Positions 54,521-64,000 of a DNA stretch of 64,000 nt are shown here, piece by piece; position 1 is the stretch's first letter; every line of letters begins with the position of its first letter. The translations under genes and the position numbers were made by a program. The stretch lies in assembly GCF_001194135.2 (NCBI RefSeq), contig NC_068984.1:22346903-22410902 (forward strand). The letters run 5' to 3'. The notes beneath the pieces are model-generated. The model saw only the letters and a list, made by a program, of their open reading frames with translations, was not told where the DNA came from and did not search any database. The stretch is from Octopus bimaculoides (lineage: Eukaryota).

Positions 54521-54821
54521 TTGGTATTTCCAATGTGTATTGTGTGTTCAATCGTGATTAGGACGAAAGAGACTGGTATGGTTTGTCATGATGATCTATC
54601 TGTCAATCCACTTTCAACTTAATACTAAGTAGATACTATTGTTCTTTAAAGGTTCCGACAAATTGTTACTACGGTTAAATTTTGATGTTATTCACGGTTT
54701 AGATTTTCTTTGTTTCCAGATTTTTTCAATTCTACACAAGCATTGCCTGCTAGTTTGTGTAAATATATACGTTTCTGTGTAGATGCTTATGTAGAATATT
54801 CGTATTTAATTACACACACAT

Positions 54822-54886
<65 letters not shown>

Positions 54887-54933
54887 GAATATATAATACC
54901 TATATGACNNNNNNNNNNTAATTACACACACAT

Positions 54934-55011
<78 letters not shown>

Positions 55012-55388
55012 CCATATACATATATATGCATATATATATATACATATACACACATATAAAATATGACATATAAGTATGTATGTGATATATATGACGCATA
55101 ATCGTATATATCTATATATATTATCTTTTACTTGTTTCAACAATTTTGATTGCAGGTACGCTATAGCAGGTACGCTATAACTAACAATTTCTGCTGCTGG
55201 ACTGCTAAGTTACCGGGATACAAACAAACAAGCACCGGTTGTCAAGCGGCAGTGGAACACATACACAGTTACAAGCACACACGTATGATAATTGGAGTAA
55301 AGAATTGTGGTATTGCATTAGATAAAAACCATTTTTCACTTTGTATTTCATTTTGCATTGTTTTGATCTTAACAAAAAGTTGTATCTA

Positions 55389-55486
<98 letters not shown>

Positions 55487-55529
55487 TACATATACACATC
55501 TATCTATGCAGATATGAAGGCATATATGT

Positions 55530-55666
55530 ATGTGATATTTCAGCTGAGAAGCAGGTCACCTGTTGTTCCTATAAAAGTTTACAACATATATGTGTAATCT
55601 ACAGATTAAATATATTGCAACATATTTCGTCTATTCTGCAACTGCAGCAGACTGATTACATTATAT
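55530..55666 (-). pseudogene. LDLa-repeat remnant
   Basis: cttcatag acceptor; CRIDEICCN..ITHICC..TCFSAE. Confidence 0.4.
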
Positions 55667-57039
55667 CTATGAAGGTTTATGTAGTTTAGCCAATTACTAA
55701 CGAACAGATATTTATGAATACATTCCTATTTCGGGAAAATGTTAAATACGTATCTCTAACCCATCTCTATGATACTTATATAAAAACTGCCATATTAAAA
55801 CATGAACATATGATTAAATTGTCTGCTCCGTAGTTTATCTCTTGCGGGAGAAAAGGAGCCCATATTATATTAGTATTGAATATATGCGACTAAGACAGAA
55901 CTTCGATGTGAATGCTGAACATCCCACACTCCATGAAAAAGAACTTATTGGATTATGTGTATCTGGGTGCATTGCATCCTGGGAAATAAACAGGTGGTCA
56001 TGGCTGAGATGTATTTTATTTTAGGTTTGCTTGATCATAGCTTAACATGGGTCACACATTAACAAGAGTTAAATCGATACTCTTTTCTTACAGCGGAAAT
56101 TTATTCTGAGTCTTGTCTCAAATTATTACTGCTCAAGGAATTGTTACAATAGGCTCATTGTAGTAACGGAAAAATGGGATGTTACTAAATACCAAACCAA
56201 ACTGATTAGTATTCTCTATAAGCAGTTAACGAATGAAGACATGGTAATGAAATCATTTAGAATATTCTGGTAATATTTTCTTTGTATTCAGTCGCAGTAG
56301 GAACCAGTGTGCGAGCGAGATGTTCCTGGTCGCTGAACTTATTAGAAATACTTGCCAAAACTCTCTCGAACCACACATTATTGTTTAAAGAGAACGAAAC
56401 ATTGATTATGTAGTTCTAGATACGCTATTCCTAAAAACAACAGAGTAGTCATATCCGGAAATGTTTCACTGGAGAGTATGTAAGACATGACTAATACAAC
56501 AAGAAATCTCACAACGTTTACAGATTTCTAACAGTATATCTACGAAGAAATTATTGAAGTAATATCCAGGAATACATAAGAACAAAATTTCAACAAAAAA
56601 TTGGGTTTTCTTATAGTCAAATGTTTATACTTAATGTATTGAATGAAGGTGATATATTTTTATATACGTATCATGTCATTATAAGAATGTTGCTGTCACT
56701 GAGTAACAGCGCTTACAATTACAAGTATCAGGAAATTTATATATGTTTACAACTGTTTATTTACTTTATAATATTTATGGTGTGAAAATAAAATGAGGTA
56801 TTTTCTGCTCACCAAAATCGTGACATTCTTTTTACTTATATTTCCGTACATCTCACGAATGTCCGTGTTTGCATACTAAAACAACATAAATAGTTGATCT
56901 GGACAATGATATACATGATCCAGACAAATTGAAATTTTGGAAAGAGTATAAATTAATAATTATCGAATAAATAACTAATACACTCAGCCACACAGAAAGA
57001 TTGATTCAAGTATTATGCTTTATCCAAAATGATTTCAGA

Positions 57040-57400
57040 TTTCTTCCAGAAAGAGTGAAATTCGAAATCCGATGAGGCTAGTGATAGTCTGTATCAGCAG
57101 AAACGGTACTGAAAACCAGAAGACTTTCGCAGGTGCCAATAAATTTTGTTGTTCTAAGGAATGGAAAAAGCCGATATTTTGGATACACGAAGGTAGAAAT
57201 GCTTGCCTCCAAAACATCACTTTTTCTATCCTCGCGACAACCACATTTATTGACGCGAAGAAAACCTCTTGAATTTAATGCTAATAACGTTAAGAAAACT
57301 ATATTCATTGAGAGTTTTCCTCTGGTTCACCACCGTCCGATGCTCTATTATGCTTTTGTTGTGTACCGTAAAGTGAGTTTGATGCAGCAGTCATATGGTA
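57040..57400 (-). pseudogene. Remnant exon with 2-3 LDLa repeats
   Basis: CIKLTLRY, SDGGEPEENS and MWLSRG*KK*CFGG (cf. WLCDG..DC.DG) across frames. Confidence 0.45.
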
Positions 57401-57799
57401 CATAGATAATAAACTACTAAATGCAGACCAATTGTGTATATCATGCACGCTATTTGAAACTCATATAGATCACGCGAATAGATTTATCATCCAAGGCAGA
57501 GCATAGCTATTGACAAAGTAGTTTCAGTCACGACCGTCCTCTTTTAGATGTATCTTGGTCTGATATTATCTGATGCATACTTCTACCATTTATGAAAGTG
57601 TGGTGAGATTTGAGGGAAATGTAACTGTAATATATTAACGTTTAAACGAGTGGCCAGAGGAACTTTGCTGGATCACTTCTGACCTGCAGGGACTAAATTC
57701 TATTTTATTGATATGTGACGACTCGGTCATGTTTATACACCTTCCATTCTCCAAACTACGACTGCATGTAACGTCTATATGGGAATATAGTTTCATATC

Positions 57800-57835
<36 letters not shown>

Positions 57836-58329
57836 NNNNNNNNNNNNNNNNNNNNNNNNNNNNNNNNNNNNNNNNNNNNNNNNNNNNNNNNNNNNNNNNN
57901 NNNNNNNNNNNNNNNNNNNNNNNNNNNNNNNNNNNNNNNNNNNNNNNNNNNNNNNNNNNNNNNNNNNNNNNNNNNNATAAAGTAATACACATTACTTTTC
58001 TAAGTGCCTCTTTAATATGCTTATGAGAAAATGTGAGAAACAGTGTCTGACTTTTGATTCACAGAGAATATAGTAGTATCTTACGATCATTATTCACTTT
58101 AATATACATTAAAATGTGTGCATTATTAAACCGACGGACATAGATTAGCTAGGAATACCATCGTGAATAATACATTATTACAGAAACTTAGGAGGGAAGC
58201 AGGCAAAGAAATAATAAACGTTTTCTTGATTTACCATTCATCAGGAAACAAGCAAAAAGGAATATACAGCAATTTTAAAACAGCCATAAAGAAAACAAAA
58301 CTCATACTAGGCCTCATTATAAATTATAG

Positions 58330-58435
58330 CTAATCTTATTCAACGCACGTATGCTTTCATATTGGATCTTTTTCGTCTATAAATGCACGTCATTGTTCAG
58401 AGTAGAATTCTTCCTGACTTTCTTCAGGGCTGTTA
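58330..58435 (-). pseudogene. LDLa-repeat remnant
   Basis: QEEFYS..CIYRRKRSN. The two Ser codons (TCT, TCC) are one substitution from Cys at the consensus Cys positions. Confidence 0.45.
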
Positions 58436-58562
58436 ATCATTCTTAATACCATTTTCTATAATTTTTTTTCTTGCAGTATACTGCATAGGAGCGTTAAAGT
58501 TAGCCGCTATGCATAGCCAACTGATGAAGTGCAAATACTTTTTCTTACTCTCTATCACTCTT

Positions 58563-58637
<75 letters not shown>

Positions 58638-58794
58638 TACGTATAGACCATATACAAAAGCATTTCTGCAAAATTAGATATTCCTTTGCTCAAGCTGAAA
58701 AAATATATTCGTGAGTTAAGAAGTATATGAAAGACGTAGTCTGAAATACAGTCCTTTATTAATATAGCTTCGTACACATGTAAATATTTATACA

Positions 58795-58869
<75 letters not shown>

Positions 58870-58939
58870 GTGTGTGTGTGAGTGTGTGTGTGTGTGAGTG
58901 TGTGTGTGTGTGTATTAAATAGGTTTCAAATCAAATCTT

Positions 58940-59175
58940 GTGCCACTTCCATTTTCTGAATAGTATAGATCCCTTTGATAAAAATATCAATGTTACGCAA
59001 TCCCAATTGTCATTCCATAAGGATTTGAGATATAATTCTTATCTACGAAATCAATATTACAATTCATATCAAGCTATACATATCTTATCAACCATGAACG
59101 TTTCTTTCGCATGTAAACCTTTAAACCTTGAGACTATAGTAAAAGTATCTCACTCTACAAAGCTACACTCAGGTT
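58940..59175 (-). pseudogene. LDLa-repeat exon remnant
   Basis: ctgcag acceptor then EPECSFVE; KICIA; NCNIDFVD; LWNDNWDCV in shifting frames. Confidence 0.4.
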
Positions 59176-59278
59176 CTGCAGGCGTATTAATTATATTGAA
59201 TACATATCAAATCGTGGACAATTTCTCATACCTATATTAACTATGTCAGTTGCTGGTTTTCCGTCTTTATATGTGTGT

Positions 59279-59319
<41 letters not shown>

Positions 59320-59849
59320 GAAAGAAAATGCGAAAGAAAGAAAACTACTTGCAGTCTTTAACAACATTTATTTACACTAACTAAACCGGTTACACTATTT
59401 CCTGATTTTCAAAAGTAGTGTAAATTGCAAAAACTTGGAAATATGCCTCATTTATAGCAGCTTCAAGCGGAGTTTAAGAATTTTCTCATATATAAAGAGG
59501 GATTATGGCTCAATTCACCATGACCTGAAGTGTAGTTTGATTAGTTGAAGTTGGTCATGAGGTTAGAGGTTCATATGATTAAAGAATTGTTGTAGCAAAA
59601 TTTTTGTGCCCTTTTACATTTAGTAAAAATGTCATGTAATAACGTGGATACCAATTGCGTGTTATATCCGTATATTAGTCCACGTCACATAATGGAATAT
59701 ATTGCGTTAAATATTAAGCTGTCACCTAGTTATGTGTTCGTAATATGAAATCGAAATTACGTCTGTTCTACATAGCATATATACTAAAGAATGCAGAATA
59801 ACAATTTCAATTAATGATTGATTAGAAAGAAGGGACGCGCTCAGAATAG

Positions 59850-59920
59850 ATTAACCCTACGAGGATAATTAACTTGAATTCGTGAAACACCTGAATTCAT
59901 CGACAACCAAGAGATGTTCG
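59850..59920 (-). pseudogene. Possible LDLa remnant
   Basis: VDEFRCFTNSS followed by stops; short match only. Confidence 0.3.
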
Positions 59921-60361
59921 ATAAATTCAATTTTAACAATTATATTTCATATTAGAAAGTAAAACGAGAACATTTTATATTCTGTTTTCCTAATAAAGAA
60001 TCGCAAAACTGAATGAAACACAAAAGGAAAAGTTATAGCATGCATTTTCATAGAAATTGAACATTTGATCTCATTATCTTTCTCAATATTATCAAAGAAT
60101 TTCATATTGTTTTCCCCGTTTTATGTGTTATGTTCCTCTCCTCTCTTTCCTGTGTTGTTTAAACCGTTCTGTTTTCTGTGATGAACTATTTAGCGAAGAA
60201 TCTAATTAACGCTATTATTATTTGGCTTCTCCTTAATAGAATTTATTTGAGGAAGATGAGAAATTATGTAAATATTATTTATAAAAGTTATTGTATTTTT
60301 ATTACATTCTTAGTTACACTGTTATCAATTTAGAAGACGGCGTAGTTATTAGGTGCACGAC

Positions 60362-60478
60362 CTGTAAGGCTTGAATTATTAGGTTTTACATTTACTTCAT
60401 CAGCTATTTTTTTTCCAACGTTGCAGCATCGCACAGGTTTGTGATAGAATCCATTTTATCGATACACAGTACCAATGC
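60362..60478 (-). pseudogene. LDLa-repeat exon remnant (117 bp, phase 1-1)
   Basis: Bounded by tttag| and ACAG|GT, exactly 39 codons, symmetric phase 1. Residual NGF(C)IT..LCD and ADEVN across compensating indels. Confidence 0.55.
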
Positions 60479-60789
60479 CTAAATATATTTTATATGCGTG
60501 TGTTCAAGCATTTTCTGCATTCATATGAAAAACTAACATTTATATTCGATAATTATTGCTAATGAATTATAATTAATAAATTATAGCTTCAGTGGAAATG
60601 TTGAATAACATTTTCCAGATGTATTTGAAATATTCTCAATAATTTATTGTTTCTGCCTCAGTGTAATATCAGCTCATGGTATTGAAATTTTATGTTCTTT
60701 GCAAGGATCAAATAGCGTCTCTTCACATTTCAATTTTAAGTAATCACCTGCATGAAAACTTCTCTTGTGCCTAGATATAAACCACTGAC

Positions 60790-61038
60790 CTGCTTCTTGG
60801 ATCTCCGTCGATCAGGCTCGAATCCATGTGTATACGCAGGATACCGCAAGGCCATTATTTGTTATTCTGTGGATAGAGTCTCTATCAGAAATGAAGAGGT
60901 ACCGCGTTGCATAGTCTAACAGTTCCAACAAACCGAAAGGTTGAAATACAAAGTTGGCCACAGTTGGATCTGAACAAATGAAGTTCTTAAAATACCATGC
61001 CATTGACTCGTGAAATATACGGTTGTCAAATAGAATAT
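60790..61038 (-). pseudogene. LRP-like exon remnant: two YWTD blades
   Basis: Acceptor cctttatacatag. VYFTSQWHGILRTSF, then a frameshift, then SDPTVANFVFQPFGLLELLDYATRYLFISDRDSIHRITNNG (cf. PNGLTIDYATRRLYWAD..DRI...DG). Candidate donor CAG|GTCAGT at 60790. Confidence 0.7.
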
Positions 61039-61523
61039 CTATGTATAAAGGAGCAAAAGTCCTTCGGATTATAAGCATTAGAATCATAAGATCGGTTTCC
61101 CGGATTCTGTGGCTTATACATTCTCTCTGGATGGGACACCGATCCGTCGCAAGGATTACTCTTCTTTACCAGTAACGTGAAATAATATTTCTCTTTCTCA
61201 AAATCACAAGGTGTCTGGTCATCGAAAATACAAATTTGGGTTTAAAATGACTCACAGTAAACAAGTTCTATTGTTCATAAACACAAGAGACAAGTTAAAA
61301 CAAAACAAAAAATAAATAAATAAATGGATTAAATTAGTGAAGATGAATGAATAAGCATTGAAATAATCGACAGCAAAAAGCAAAGTTTACGATAATTCTG
61401 AACATAGATCGTTTCGCGTTATAATTCAGCATCTCATGAGTTATTGTTGAAAATGTTTGTAGATCACAAAAATCATAGAATAACCTTTTTTTTTTTCAAT
61501 AGAATAAAGAATTATTAAAAGAG

Positions 61524-61781
61524 TTACATTTTGAACCAAATGTTGAAATTGTGTATTTGCCATAGAAGACAAACTTCCCTAATACAAGCTGCATTTTTGG
61601 CAAATGCTTGACTCTTTTTAATGACTTCCAAACAGTTATATTTCATTATGCACAGCAACACAGATGGATCCCACGTGACTTCACATATCGTTGCTATGAT
61701 CTGAAAATAGTATCGCAAAAAATACTTTCTATGTAAAACCCTGAGTTTACTATCCGACCAAGTGATGATAATCATTACTAT
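61524..61781 (-). pseudogene. LRP-like exon remnant: last YWTD blade + EGF start
   Basis: After ccag acceptor: IITWSDSKLRVLHRK (cf. IYWTD..RxIxR) and AKNAACIREVCLL (cf. NNGGCxxLCLL) in one frame. Confidence 0.5.
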
Positions 61782-61904
61782 CTGGATATATTGTGGTTGT
61801 TATTATGAGACATGATATAATAGCTCAAGCAGTATACTAAGTCAAGTGCAGAAAAATAAAGACAAGGAGGTAGGCGTAAACGAGAATTTAATTGACAATT
61901 GTTT

Positions 61905-62060
61905 TTACCCCAGTGCTCAGCTGGTACTTATTTTATCGACCCCAAAACGATAAAAGATGAAGTCCACCTCGGTGGAAATTCAACTGGGATCGTAAAGGCG
62001 GAAGAAATGCCGCTAAGCATTTTGCCTCGTGTGCAAATGATTCTGCTACTTCGCCGGCTT
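61905..62060 (-). mobile_element. SINE family B
   Basis: ccccagtgctcagctggtacttattttatcgaccc..ccgctaagcattttgcc. Confidence 0.88.
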
Positions 62061-63955
62061 AATGGTAACATATACTAAAAAGAAAACATTTTCTGGTTAA
62101 GGCTATTTTTATTTATCGATTTATTTATCTATTTATTTTGAAACTTCAGTTATCAAGTTTTCCTACAGTTTACAGACATATGCAGATGTGCAAACGTTAC
62201 AAATACGTAGAAAGGATAAAGTAGGAGACAAATATCTAGGAATTTACAATGATTTTTTAATGAACGGGAACACAAATTGTAGTAATTAATATTCAAACCT
62301 CTCTGGAGCAGTCAACGGGAGCTATGCAATTTACTGTAGTTTAGATGTCTACGAGATATAAATATCTGTTAAATAATTAAACAAGAAACAGAGAACGCTT
62401 TTTGATAGCTCATGAGAAAGTTACAAATTATCGTTCTAACTATGTGACTAAACTCGTTAACAGATATTTTGAAAAATCTAAAGTTCGCAAACATGACTAA
62501 GACGTGATTTATAGTCAAGATTTTAAATTTTAATTAGAAGTTTGAAATGCGAAAATCGGAAAAAAAGATTAAGAATTTAGTCTTTAAAACACACACACAC
62601 ACACACGTATATTTATGCACATACAAATTTACACACACAGCAACATACTCACACATATAACACATTCACACAGATATATATAAAAATAATATATACGCAT
62701 GTGTGTATGTATTCAATTGATTTGAAGTTACATTTTAACATATACACATGTTTTAACCATTGTATATATATATATATATATATATATNNNNNNNNNNNNN
62801 NNNNNNNNNNNNNNNNNNNNNNNNNNNNNNNNNNNNNNNNNNNNNNNNNNNNNNNNNNNNNNNNNNNNNNNNNNNNNNNNNNNNNNNNNNNNNNNNNNNN
62901 NNNNNNNNNNNNNNNNNNNNNNNNNNNNNNNNNNNNNNNNNNNNNNNNNNNNNNNNNNNNNNNNNNNNNNNNNNNNNNNNNNNNNNNNNNNNNNNNNNNN
63001 NNNNNNNNNNNNNNNNNNNNNNNNNNNNNNNNNNNNNNNNNNNNNNNNNNNNNNNNNNNNNNNNNNNNNNNNNNNNNNNNNNNNNNNNNNNNNNNNNNNN
63101 NNNNNNNNNNNNNNNNNNNNNNNNNNNNNNNNNNNNNNNNNNNNNNNNNNNNNNNNNNNNNNNNNNNNNNNNNNNNNNNNNNNNNNNNNNNNNNNNNNNN
63201 NNNNNNNNNNNNNNNNNNNNNNNNNNNNNNNNNNNNNNNNNNNNNNNNNNNNNNNNNNNNNNNNNNNNNNNNNNNNNNNNNNNNNNNNNNNNNNNNNNNN
63301 NNNNNNNNNNNNNNNNNNNNNNNNNNNNNNNNNNNNNNNNNNNNNNNNNNNNNNNNNNNNNNNNNNNNNNNNNNNNNNNNNNNNNNNNNNNNNNNNNNNN
63401 NNNNNNNNNNNNNNNNNNNNNNNNNNNNNNNNNNNNNNNNNNNNNNNNNNNNNNNNNNNNNNNNNNNNNNNNNNNNNNNNNNNNNNNNNNNNNNNNNNNN
63501 NNNNNNNNNNNNNNNNNNNNNNNNNNNNNNNNNNNNNNNNNNNNNNNNNNNNNNNNNNNNNNNNNNNNNNNNNNNNNNNNNNNNNNNNNNNNNNNNNNNN
63601 NNNNNNNNNNNNNNNNNNNNNNNNNNNNNNNNNNNNNNNNNNNNNNNNNNNNNNNNNNNNNNNNNNNNNNNNNNNNNNNNTATATATATATATATATATA
63701 TCAGAGACCTTCAGAGAGAGAAGGAAACTATGTTCAAAATGGAGTTGCTCCTGCATATCTGAGAACAACTGACATAGTGCTGCTAAACTGGGTGACGAAT
63801 TAAAGCTACCTCCAGTTCAATGTCTGGACTTCAGAGAAACCACTTGAATATAGTTCCATACGGTGAAGACGTTCCCGGGGCGAAATTGAATCGTAAAGCA
63901 AACAGGCTAATAGAACAATAATGCATGCACACACACACACATACACACACACACA

Positions 63956-64000
<45 letters not shown>

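Overview
AT-rich eukaryotic DNA, rich in microsatellites and broken by N-gaps. The SINE repertoire resembles cephalopod (Octopus-like) genomes as I recall them; this is not database-checked. No intact protein-coding gene or RNA gene is supported, and most listed ORFs are microsatellite or gap artefacts. The window contains many decayed mobile elements: an IR/DR Tc1 nested in a SINE, a full-length mariner relic, a pogo-like MITE, three Helitron pieces, Penelope, CR1-, RTE-, I-like and RLE-type LINE fragments, and several tRNA-SINE families. Two non-obvious signals stand out. (1) About 15 exon-sized blocks, all on the minus strand between ~61.8 kb and ~2.5 kb, translate into decayed LDL-receptor class A, EGF and YWTD modules plus a possible TM/tail exon, suggesting an intron-containing LRP-like pseudogene spanning the window. 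(2) A short repeat present three times carries a minimal Penelope-type hammerhead ribozyme core with a varying but mostly still-paired stem II. All assignments are manual translation and motif recognition, and coordinates of degenerate features are approximate.
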